From the NCBI GenBank assembly GCA_977017575.1, contig CDRNVI010000198.1, positions 1 through 62,171 on the forward strand: a DNA stretch of 62,171 bases. The letters are read 5' to 3'. Position 1 is the first letter of the stretch. Each line of letters opens with the position of its first letter. A program made the position numbers and the translations under genes. Source of the DNA: Paramoeba atlantica (Eukaryota; Protista; Discosea). Positions 51,303-62,171 of the stretch are shown here, piece after piece. The notes beneath the pieces are model-generated. The model was not told the DNA's origin. It searched no databases and worked only from the letters and a program-made list of their open reading frames with translations.

Positions 51303-51521
51303 GTGAAAGAACTTGTGAAAGGCTTTAAGAAACTCAGGTCGAAAACGACACACTAGTGGCGCAGCTCTTAATCCCTAAAAAAAAAATTATTTTATTTTAT
51401 TTATGATTTAATTTTAAAAAGAATTAATCAATAAAAGAATGAATAAATAAAATAATAATAATAACCTATTTTTCTATTTTATGAATATAAATGAAAAAAT
51501 CCATTCAAAAAAAAAGAGAAA

Positions 51522-51556
<35 letters not shown>

Positions 51557-52082
51557 AGAGAAAACAGATAGAAAAAGAAAAAGAAAAAGAAAAAGAAAAG
51601 AGAAAGGAACAAACATTAAACCAATCATGCATAAAAATAGGATCAGAGGGCATAGCTCTTGCAAGATCCAGAAAATAAAATCGCTCGTCTTTTCACAAAA
51701 AAGAAATTAATTTGAAGATAAAAAATGAAATTATTTTCAAAGACAAAAAAGAAATGAAGAAAGTGAATTATGAAAGTGAATTAATTCTTAATAGAAAGAA
51801 GAGCCAATGATTTTTATTATTATTTTTTTTTAAAATAATAAAAAACAAATCAAAAAAAAGAAAAAAAGAAAAAAGAAAGAAAGAAAAAGAAAAAAAAAGA
51901 AAAAAAGAAAAGAAAAAAACCAGTGCCAATGTGTCCTTCAACATCAAAAGCAGAAGAAAGAATCACTTCCGCTTCCTATAAAAAAATACATTTTAATAAA
52001 AAAAAATGTTTAAATAAAAAAATATTTTAATAAAAAAAACTTGTTTTTGGGCAGCATATTTGGCCATTTGATGAGGACAAAG

Positions 52083-52113
<31 letters not shown>

Positions 52114-52431
52114 AAGAGAGAAAGAGAGGAAGAGAAAAAGAGAGAGAGAAAGAGAGAAGAGAGAACCCCAGGAAAAGGACCACTGGGAGCCCAAGAGCGA
52201 ACTTGATGAGATCTCAAATAAAGTTTTTGAGCGGCATATTTTGCCATTTGATCAAAATCATTTGATTTGTTGAAAACGTTTCTTCCTGCGTCTTGGCTTC
52301 CATACACTAATGAACTTCCTGTAAAAGAAAGAGAGAGGAGGGAAGAGAGAGGAAGAGAGAGGGAGAGAGAGAAAGAGGGGGGGAAATTAGGAAAGAGAAA
52401 GAAAAGAGAGGAGAGAGGAAAGAGAAAGAAA

Positions 52432-52462
<31 letters not shown>

Positions 52463-52614
52463 AGAGAAAGAAAAAGAAACCAAATTTTGAAGAATTAATT
52501 GGGAGTAAAGAACAAGCAATTAAACGATATCCCAAAAAATTAACGAGTGTACAAAGAGGAAGATGAAGCCCTGGTGTGTTTGTACTAAAATATGCTGATA
52601 ACCCCAATAATTCC

Positions 52615-52645
<31 letters not shown>

Positions 52646-55600
52646 GAGAGGAGAGAGAGAGAGAGAAGGAGGAGAGAGGGGAGAGAGAGGAGAGAGAGGG
52701 GAGAGAGGGGAGAGAGAGGAGAGGGGAGAGAGAGAGGAGAGGGGAGAGAGAGGGGAGAGGAGAGGGGAGAGAGGAGATATGAAACAAAATTCAAAAATGT
52801 GGAGAGAGAAAAATGAATTGATTTTTTTAAAAAGAAATAAATTATTTTAAGAGAGAAAAAAAACTAAAATAATAAAATACAAATAAATAATAACACAAAT
52901 AAAAATAAAAAAGAATAAAAATAAAAAAGAATAAAAATAATAAACCAATCCTGCTGCTTTTGCAGCAAAATGATCAGCACCATATAATCCATGTACATCC
53001 ACAGCAAATTTGAAAACTATTTTAAAATTTATTAATAAATGAGAAAGAATAAAATAATTCAAAAAAAAAAGAAAAATAAAAAGAAAAATAACAAAAGAAA
53101 TAAAAAAAGAAAAAAAGAAAAAAAGAAAAAAAGAAATAAAAAAAGAAACCAATATTATTTACAACAAATTTTTCTCCACCCGCAATTCCACCAGTATCCG
53201 CTGGCGGGATTGTCTTTACAACTTGTTCTTTCTATTTTAAATAAAATAAAAAAAAAGAAAAAGAAAAAGAAAATGAATCAAAAGAATCAGAAAATAAATA
53301 AAAATAAAACTAAAATCAATGAAAATAAAATGAATAAAATAAAATAATTTTTTTTTTTTCTTCGAGTGAGCGAAAACTTGATCTTCCCTTTCTCTTTCTT
53401 TCTCTCTCTTTTCTCTCTTTCTTTCTTTTTCTCTTTTTTCTCTTTTTTCTCTTTTCTTTTAAAAATGATTGAAAACAAACGAGTCTCCATTCGCTTCCGT
53501 AAATTCTTTTCGCCCATTTTTTCGTTTTTAAAAACCTTTTGAAAAAAAATGAATTTAAGATTTTTATCTTTTTTTTTTTAGATTCGCTTAAAAAACAAAA
53601 GAAAAAGAAAAAAAAGAAAAAAAAGAAAAAAAAAGAAAAAAAAACAATTCTTAAATAAAAAGAAGAAGAAAAAAAGAAAAGAAAAAGAAGAAAAAAAGAA
53701 AAAAAGAAAAAAAGAAAAAAAGAAAAAAAGAAAAAAAGAAAAAAAAAAACCTTTCAAGAATAATGATTCGGCCATACATTTTGGCAACAGAATGAAAATC
53801 TTGAATTAATTGGAGTAAACAACTATTTAATTCCGGTTTTTCCTGTACAAAAAAGAAAGGAAAAGAAAAAGGAAAGAGGAAAAAGAGAAAGAGAAAGAGA
53901 AGGAATGAGGAAGAAAAAAATTACATTTTTTGAGAAAAATCGAATTTTAAAAGAATAAAAAATAGACTCAAATAAAAATAAAATTAAAAAATAAAATTAA
54001 AAAATAAAATAAAATCAAATAAAATATATTAAAAATAAAATAAAAATAAAACAAAAAAAAAACTTGAAGAGTTTCCCATTTTTCAAGAGAATAAATTTCG
54101 TGCATGACTTGTTGAAATTGTTCATTCCAATTTCGGTGAAGATTTGTTAGTGTGTCTTGTGGTTTTTGTGCTTTTTTTTTTGAATGAGAGAGAGAATGGA
54201 GAGAGAGGAGAGAAAGAAATGAAAGAAATAAAAGAAATTCAAGAAAAAGATAATAAATAAATAAATAAATAAAATAATAAAATAATAAAATAATAAAATA
54301 ATAAAATAATAAAATAAAATAAAATAAAAACCAGAAGGAGGAGGTTTTGGCAATTCATCTTCATACTCAACCAATATTTTCCTTCCTCCAACTCCTTTCT
54401 CTTTCTCTTTCTCCCTCTCCCTCTCCCTCTCTTTCTCTCTCTCCCCTCTCTCCCTCTCCCCTCCCTCTCTCTCTCTCACCTCTCTCTCACAACTCTCTCC
54501 CCCCTCTCTCTTTCTCTTCTTCTCTTCTTCTTCTTCTTCTCCTTCATAACCACTGCTACTTCCACTTTGAAAAATCATCGATTGTCGAAGATCTGATCCA
54601 TCAAATGATGCATCTGTAAAATATGATTCTACATCTTCTTCTTCTTCTTCTCCTTCTTCTTTTCTTTCTTCTTCTTCTTTTCTTTCTTCTTTTCTCTCTT
54701 CTTCTTTTCTTTTTTCTTCTTTTTTTTCTTCTTCATTTTCTTCATAAACACTTAAAAGCTCATAACCATCTTTTAATAGAACATCTTCTTCTTCTTCTTC
54801 GGTCTCCTCCTCTTTCTCTCTCTCCTTTTCCTTTCCTTTTTCTCTTTCTCCTCCTACCTTTTCCCCCTCTCTCTCCCTCTCTCTCCCTCTCTCCCTCTCT
54901 CTCTCCCTCTCTCTCTCCATCTCTCTCTTCATCTCTTTCGCAGCAGAATACTCCTCCTGAAATAACCTAATTTGTTCATCCAAAATCTCTTCACTCTCTT
55001 CACTCTCTTCTACTACTCTTTCTTCTTCTTCTGCGTTCGATCTTTTGAGACCGCAATATACTGCTTGTCTGATGTCCCATGATTCCATACTGCAAAAGAA
55101 AGAGAGAGAGAGAAAGAAAGAGAGAGAGAGAGGGAGAGAGGGGAAGGAAGAGAGAATGAGTTTGGGGTGGTTGGATGGGAGAGAATTAAAAGAAAAGAAA
55201 AAGAAAAAAGAATAAAGAAAACAAAATAGAAAACAAAAAAATAAACCAAAAAATAAAAACCAAAAGTCCCATTTCAAATAAATAAAAAAAAAAAAGAAAA
55301 CAAAAAACCCAAAAACCCAAAAACAAATAAATCAAGTTTTTTTTTTATTTAAAAAAAAAATAAAATTAAAAGAAGAAGAAGAAGAAAAAAAACAAAACCT
55401 TTTTTTTGAAGAACCAAATGTATAAACACCATCACCTTTTATTGATTTTTTTAATGCTTTTGATTCTTCTTTTACCAGTTTTTCGATATCTCCAAAATTT
55501 TCTCTTTCTAAAAAGGAGAAAAATGAGAAGAGAGAGGGGAGAGAAGAAAGAGAGAGGAGAAGGAGAGAGGGAAATGATAAAAAAATGAGGCGAAAAGAAG

Positions 55601-56974
55601 AGAATTCGTAGATTCGAAATTATTATCTTTCAAGATAAATAAATTAAATAAGAAATACAAAATAAATTAAATAAGAAATAAGAAATAAATGAGGAATAAT
55701 AAAAATAAAATAATAAAAATAAAAATAAAAATAAAAATACAAAACCAATAGTTTGATCATTTTTCAAATGAACAGAACGACGAATCCAAAGAAAAGCCTC
55801 AAAGCACAAAGAATAGATTATATCATTATTTATATCATTTATTTTTTTTCATTTATTTCGATTAAATAATTATAAATAATAATAAAATAAAGAAAGAAAG
55901 AATAATTAAAATAAGAAAAGAAGAAAATAAAAAAACCAATTGATTCATCATTTTTCAAATGAACAGAACCACGAATCCAAGGAAAAGCCTCAGTCTTTCT
56001 CAAAGCACAAAGAATAGATTATATCATTATTTATATCATTTATTTATACCATTTATTTATATCACTTTTTATTGATATTATATTAAATATTTTTATAAAT
56101 AATAATAAATAATAATAAATAATCAATTAATAATTAAAAGAAGAAAAGAAGAAAATAAAAAACCAATTGAATCATCATTTTTCAAATGAACAGAACCACG
56201 AATCCAAGGAAAAGCCTCAGTTTTTCTCAAACCATAAAGTTGAATTATATTATCCAGCGAATGTGAAAGTATTTTTCTTCTTAATTCTCTATTTTTATTT
56301 TTATTATTATTTATTTTATTATTATTTATTTTATTATTATTTATTTATTATTTATTTATTATTTCTTTCTTTCTTTATTCTTTATTCTTTATTCTTTATT
56401 TGTAATTCTTAGGAACTATTTTTCTTTCTTTTTCTTTCTCTTTTTCTCAAAGCATAAAGTTGAATGATATTATCCAGTGAATGTGAAAGTATTCTTAATT
56501 CTCTATTTTTATTTGTTTATTAATTATTTATTATTCATTATTAAAATTTATTAATTATTTCGACGATTATTATGTCTTATTATTTCTTTATTTTTTTTTA
56601 TTTTTATTTTTATTAACTATTATTCTCAAGTTAAATTATAATTATCCAATGAATGTGAAAGTATTTTTCTTCTTCATTCTCTATTTTTCTTCTTTCTTTC
56701 TCTTTCTCTTTTCCAACGAACACTTTTCTTCTCAATTTTATTTATTGAGAGAAAATATCTTATTCCTCTCAAAAGAGATCTCCACCTTAAGAGGAGAAAA
56801 GAAAAGAGAAAACCTCTTTTCTCTCTTTCTTTTCTCTCTTTCTTTTCTCTCTCTTTCTTTCTTTTTCGAATTTCCAAAGTGAAAACAAAGAAAAGATGAA
56901 CAAAAAAAAATCTTTCAAAAGAAATTCTGAAAACAAAACTGAATTTGATCGGTTGTCCAGGGATCTTCATCCAT
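44975..56974 (-). CDS. Large CLU-domain (Clustered-mitochondria family) protein with TPR-like C-terminal region, more than 25 exons
   Basis: Exons translate to RNWNEQFQ, DFHSVAKMYGRIII, GGIAGGEKFVVNNI|FKFAVD, AAKAAG|ELLGL, LVYGSQDAGR, SAFDVEGHIGTD|ERFYFLDLARAMP, FRPEFL, IHRKGVNLRYIG, EAVARAIK, EAPYR. Both ends are approximate and some junctions are unresolved. Confidence 0.8.
50391..50769 (-). repeat. Three identical 82-nt copies of an exon 3' end, each followed by a GT donor
   Basis: cctctaaaatcaagatcagg...tcgcatccataa starts at 50391, 50540 and 50687. Confidence 0.92.
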
Positions 56975-57285
56975 TTCTCTCCTTTCTTAATCAGAAAAGA
57001 AGTGAAAGAAGAGAGAAGAAAAGAGAAGAAAAGAGAAGAGAAAGAGAAAGAAAAAGTTGGTTCACAAAAAATAAAAAAAGCGAGGAAATTAAGTTGTGCG
57101 TTTTTGTATTTAAAAAATAATATTTTGGAATAATTCGATTTTTATGTGTAAAATGACTCGGAACAATTTTTCTTGTGTTTCTTTTTTTTTCTTTCGATTT
57201 TCCTCATTTTCTTCTCTTTCTCTCTTTCTCTTTTCTCTCTTCTCTCTTCTCTCTTCTCTCTTCTCTCTTCTCTCTTCTCTCTCTC

Positions 57286-57624
57286 ATGTTTTTGAACCTT
57301 TTTTCATCTCGATCACTCTATCTAAGAAACTTTCCTCGATTCATGCAACAATCTCCCACTTCTCCTTCTCTTTCTTCTTCTCTTTCTTCTTCTTCTCTCT
57401 CTTCTTCTTCTCTCTCCTCTTCCTCTCTCTCTCCTTCACCAAAAACAGAAGAGAAAATAGAACCAGAGAAAGAAGAAGAAGAAGAAGAAGAGAAGAAATG
57501 GAAGGTGATCGAAGTTGGAGAAAAGAGAGAAGAAGAAGAGTTTTGTTATCGACTTGATCAATTTTTGAGAGCTTTTCTTTCCTCTGATCTTTCTTTTCGT
57601 TCTGTTTGTTTTTATTTTGTTGAT

Positions 57625-57655
<31 letters not shown>

Positions 57656-60600
57656 TTCTTGTTTATTATTGTTTTTGAGAGCTTTTCTTTCCTCTGATCT
57701 TTCTTTTCGTTCTGTTTGTTTTTATTTTATTTTTATTTTTATTTATTTATTCTTTATTCTTCATTGAATAAATTACAAAAATTATCGAAATAAGAGTCGA
57801 ATCAGAGAAGAATAAATAATAAATAAATAATAAATAAATAATAAATAAATAATAAAATAATAAAATAATAAAATAATAAAATAATAAAATAATAAAATAA
57901 TAAAATAATAAAATAATAAAATAATAAAATAAAATAAAATCACAAATAATAAAAAAAAATCAGATTCAAAGAGCAATTCGAGAAGGGGATGTCACAGTTG
58001 ATGGTATTCCAAGGTATTTTTCTCTTTTCTCTCTTTTCTCTCTTTTCTCTCTTTTCTCTCTTTTCTCTCTTTTCTCTCTTTTCTCTCTTTTCTCTCTTTT
58101 CTCTCTTTTCTCTTTTCTCTCTTTTCTCTCTTTTCTCTCTCTCTTCTCTCTCTTCTCTCTCTTACATTTGTTGAAGGAATAGTGGGTGGCGGCTTTGGCC
58201 TTCCAATAAGGTTTTCTTCTTTCTTTTTCTTTTTCATTTTCTCAAAAAAAAAAAAATAACAAAATTGTAAAAAAAAAATAATATCTTTTTATTTTTTTAA
58301 GGTTGGAATTAATATGAAAAGTCGTTTTTTTCAAATGGACAAATCAGATCCTTTTTCTTCTTTTGATCCCAAGTTTTTTTTTTATTTTTTTTTTTATTTT
58401 TTTTTTATTTTTTTTTTTATTATTTTTTTATTTTTTTTGAGTGTTTTTTTGATTTTTTTAATTTATTTATTACTACTTCTATTTCTTCTTCTTTTGTGAT
58501 TGATTTCTCTCTTAACTTCTTTCTTTCTTCTTTCTCTTTCTCTTTCTTTTCTCTTTCTTCTTTTATAAAAGGGAATTGAATATTATTTATCAAGATGAAG
58601 ATCTTTTGGCAGTTAACAAACCCCATGGTATTTTCCTTTTTTTTTTTTTTTGATTTTTTTTTTTGAAAAAACAAAACTGAGTTAAAGATTTATTCATTAT
58701 TCATTATTTATTTATTTAATCTTATTTAATTTATTTATTCTTTCTCATACTTCTTTTTTCTTTTCTTCCTTTCTTGTAAAAAAAAAAGGTTTACTTTCAC
58801 ATCCATCTCGACATGAACGAACTTCTTTGATCAATCTTGTTCATCAATTTTATGTTCATCAATTTTTTCTTTCTTTCTTTTCTTTATCAATATTTTTTTT
58901 TCATTCATTTTTCGTTATTTTTTCATTCATTTTTTTTGAAAATTAGAAACATATGAAGAGTTCAACACCATCCCAATCTCATTCTTCTTCTTCTTCTTCT
59001 TCTTCTTCTCTCCCCTCTCCTATTCCCAATCTTTCTGATCTCTCCCCTCCTCCTCCTTCTCCTTCTCCTTCTCTTTCTCCCTCTCCTTCTCCCTCTCCTT
59101 CTCCCTCTCCCTCTCCCTCTCCCCTCTCTCCTTCTCCCTCTCCCCTCTCTCCTTCTCTCTCTCCCTCTCCCTCTCCCCCTCTCCCCCTCTCCCCCTCTCC
59201 CTCTCTCTCTCCCTCTCTCTCTCCCTCAACAAAAAAAAAACGAGCCCGGGAAGAAAGAAACACAAAAAGAAAGAAAAGAAAAAAAGAATCCATCGAAAAA
59301 TACTACAAAATGCACTCTTTTTCGCCCTCTCTTCTTCACAGATTGGATAGAGAGACGAGTGGCGTTATTCTTTGTAGTTTGTCTCTTTCTGCTCATCTTT
59401 CTCTTTATCGTCAGTTTGAGTCTCGTTTGATTTCTAAGGTTTTTTTTTTGTTTTTTTTTTGTTTTTTTTTGAGATTGTTCCCAAGAAAGAGTTTTTTGAA
59501 ATTATCATTAAAAATAATAATATGAATTATTCATTCATTCATTTTTCATTCATTAATTAAATATTCTAAATTTGATTTCTTTTTTTTTTTTGGTTAGAAA
59601 TATATGGCAATTGTAAACGGAGAAATTCCAAAAGAAGATGAAGGACAAATTTCTGTTCCAATTGGAGTTATTTCAAATGAAAAAACTGAAGAAGATCCAG
59701 GTTTTCTCTCTCTTTTCTCTCTTCTCTCTTTTCTCTCTCTTCTCTCTCTTCTCTTCTCTTTTCTTCTCTCTTCTCTTCTCTCTTTCTTCTCTCTTCTCTC
59801 TCTTCTCTTTCTTCTCTCTTCTCTCTTCTCTCTTTTCTCAAATTTATTTATTTTTAGATGGTCCTTCAAAGAAAAAGTGGGGAATTTGTTTCGATACTGG
59901 AAAAGAGAGTCACACACTTTTTAAAGTATTTTTTTAAATAATTTAAATAATGAAAATATGAGAATTCAATAAATAAAATCAAAATCATTTTTTTTTTAAA
60001 AAAAAAAAATAAGAAAACAGAAAAAAAAAAAAAGAAATTTAATCATAAAAATTAAAAAATATTAAAAATAAAATAAAAGGTAATAAAAAGATGGAAAAAG
60101 AGTAATTGTGCTCTCATGGAAATGAAACCAACCACTGGTCGCACTCATCAAGTTTTATTTCTTTTCTCTTTTTCTCTCTCTTTCTCTCTTTTTTTCTCTC
60201 TTTTTTTTCTCTGATTTTTTTCGTCTTCTTGTTATTATTTATTTTCTTTTCTTTTATTTATTTATTTTATTAATAAATGATTTTCAGATTCGGATTCATC
60301 TGTCACACCTTGGCTGCCCAATTTTGGGTGATTCTCTATATTCATCTCCCTCATCCTTATATCCTTCTTCTTCTTCTTCCTCTCCCTCTTCTCCCTCTTC
60401 TTCCTCTTCTTTCCCTTCTTCCTCTTCTTCTTCTTCCTCTTCTTCTTTCTCTTCTTCTTCTTTCTCTTCCTCCTCTTCCTCTTCTCTATCTTCTTCGCAA
60501 ACAACGCCAATCACAACAATAGCAACAAGACACCAACTTCACGCAGCAGAATTGTCTGTTTCTCATCCGGCGACTTCTCAACAAATTAAATTTTGAAGCC

Positions 60601-60799
60601 CCTATTCCTGATGATATGAAGGTTTGTAAAGAGAGAGAAGAAGAAGAGAGAAGAAGAGAGAAGAAGAGAGAAGAAGAGAAGAAGAGAAAAGAAGAGAAAA
60701 GAAGAGAAAAGGTGAAAACTGAAAATTAATCTTTTTTTCTTGTTAATTCAGAAAATTATTGATGAATTGACAAAATTTGAGGATTTAAAAGAGAAATGA
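57286..60799 (+). CDS. RluA-family (RluC/D-like) pseudouridine synthase with S4 domain and possible organellar presequence
   Basis: RLDQFL..|IQRAIREGDVTVDG (S4), LLAVNKPHG, catalytic HRLDRETSG, KYMAIV, TGRTHQ|IRIHLSHLGCPILGDSLY, HQLHAAEL. There is an apparent +1 T at 60591-60594. Confidence 0.88.
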
Positions 60800-60859
60800 A
60801 AAAAAAAGAAATGAAAAGAAAATCGAAACATGAAAAAAAGAGAATGCGTTCTCGAGAAT

Positions 60860-62171
60860 GATATATTTATTTTGTTTTGACGAAAGAAGAGAATGTGAGA
60901 AGAAGAAAGAGAAGAAAGAGAAGAAGAGACAGCCTCTCTCTCTCCTCTTATTTTGGTTTTCTTCGAAGAGAGAAGAGAGAAGAAAAGCCTCTAAATCTTT
61001 GTCTTTCTGGTGGTGTTTCTTCTGGTGGGTTCACTGCCGTTGGACATTCCAGCTTTTTGATTTTGTATTAGAAGAGAAAAGAAAGAAGGAAAGAGCGGAA
61101 AAGAGAAGGAGAAAAGAAAGAGAGAGAGAGAAGGGAAAAGGAGAAGAGAAAGAGAGAAAAGAGAAGAAAGAGAGAGAGAGAGAAAAAAACCTCAATAAAT
61201 TGGAGAGAATCAAGCATTTCTCGAAGTTTTTGTTTACTTGAAATTCCAAACGCAATTGACTCAACTGTGAAAGAAAAAAAGGGAGAAAAAAGAGAGAGGA
61301 AGAAAGAAGAGGAGAAAAAAGATGTTTTAAAAAAATGGATTTTTCTTTTCCCCCACTCACATTTCTTTTTCCTTCCTTTTCTCTCTCTTCTTCTCTTCTT
61401 TTCTTCAAAAAAAAAAAGAATGAAAAAAAAAAATTATATTAACTGATGTCAGGACTGATGAGAGAAGAAGAAAGTTCTTTTAATTTTGCATCAATTTCCG
61501 CTCCAGAATCCTGTTATTTCAATATTATTTTTTTTTGATTCTTTTATCTTTTTCTTTCTTTCTTTCTTTCTTTTCTTCTTCTCTTCTTCTCTCTTCTTCT
61601 CTCTCTTCTTCTCTCTTCTTCTCTCTTCTTCTCCCTTCTTCTTTCTCTCCTTCTTTTCTCTCTCTCTCTCCTTTACCTGCCGACCAGAAACACATCGCAT
61701 GACAGCCCGAATACCCTCAAGAACTTTTTTCATCATTTTTGCACGAGATTGAAAAACTGCTGCTACTTTTTTCCACTAAAAGAATATTGTGAGAGAGATA
61801 AAGAAAGAAGAGAAGAGAAGAGAAGAGAAGAGAAGAGAAGAGAAGAGAAGAGAAGAGAGAGAAACCGAATGGTTTGGTTGTGAATGAAGAATTGTTGAAT
61901 AAAGAAGCATATATTTTTCACAAAATGGAGCAAACTATTCAAAATGATTAAAAAAAGAAGAGAAGAGAGAGAGAAGAGAAGAGAGAAGAAAAGAGAGAAG
62001 AGAGAAGAAAAGAGAAGAAAGAAACCTCAATTGCTTTCAGTGTGTGATACTCGGCTTTTGAGAAAGCTCTATTTATTTAATCGATGAGAAAGAAAAAAAG
62101 ATATCTTGAGGTTCGAAAAGAAAGAGAAAAAGAGAAAAAGAGAAAAAGAGAAAAGAAAAAGAGAAAAAAAG
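60860..62171 (-). CDS. 3' exons of a paralog of the 45-57 kb CLU-domain gene (continues beyond the window)
   Basis: RAFSKAEYHTLKAIE, FAPFCEKYMLLYSTIL, WKKVAAVFQSRA and EMLDSLQFIE match RAYQKAEYHTLKAIE, FTPYCEKYLNLYSAIL, WKKLAAVFKVRA and GMLDRLQFVE at 45.2-46.1 kb, with matching exon boundaries. The end is approximate. Confidence 0.75.

Noticed and set aside
17000-62171. Numerous F/L/S-rich and K/R/E-rich ORFs in the ORF track
   Set aside because: They are translations of (CT)n/(TTTC)n/(TTTA)n intron microsatellites and their antisense strand. Only short embedded segments are real exons.
1-62171. tRNA, rRNA or other structured ncRNA genes
   Set aside because: I recognised none by eye. tRNAscan-SE and Infernal/Rfam would be needed to exclude small ones.

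Overview
This is the left end of an AT-rich, intron-dense eukaryotic chromosome, probably from a protist; an amoebozoan-like host is my inference only. About 133 (CCCTAAA)n telomere repeats are joined directly into the RT gene of a dead Ty3/Gypsy-type element. That element's single gag-pol frame is broken by five stops, each one C-to-T change away from a sense codon. Inward lie a CpG-free zone with an ankyrin gene built as one repeat per phase-0 exon, a MADS-box gene, and a 21-exon plant-type LRR receptor-like gene. Then come a hypothetical gene, an intronless ADP/ATP carrier, an intronless YncE-like beta-propeller, a geranylgeranyl-reductase-family flavoprotein, a large Cys-rich 7TM receptor, an HMG-box gene, a Pmp-repeat surface protein, a CLU-domain gene, an RluA-family pseudouridine synthase, and the 3' end of a paralog of the CLU-domain gene. 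The most unusual signals are (i) the DARPin-like mosaic ankyrin exon array, (ii) recurrent intronic 'echo' copies of exon ends with their splice sites, several differing from the exon mainly at synonymous sites, and (iii) telomere healing plus C-to-T decay of the distal subtelomere. Exon models were spliced and counted by eye. Most entries in the ORF track are low-complexity intron artefacts. I found no rRNA, tRNA or CRISPR array.
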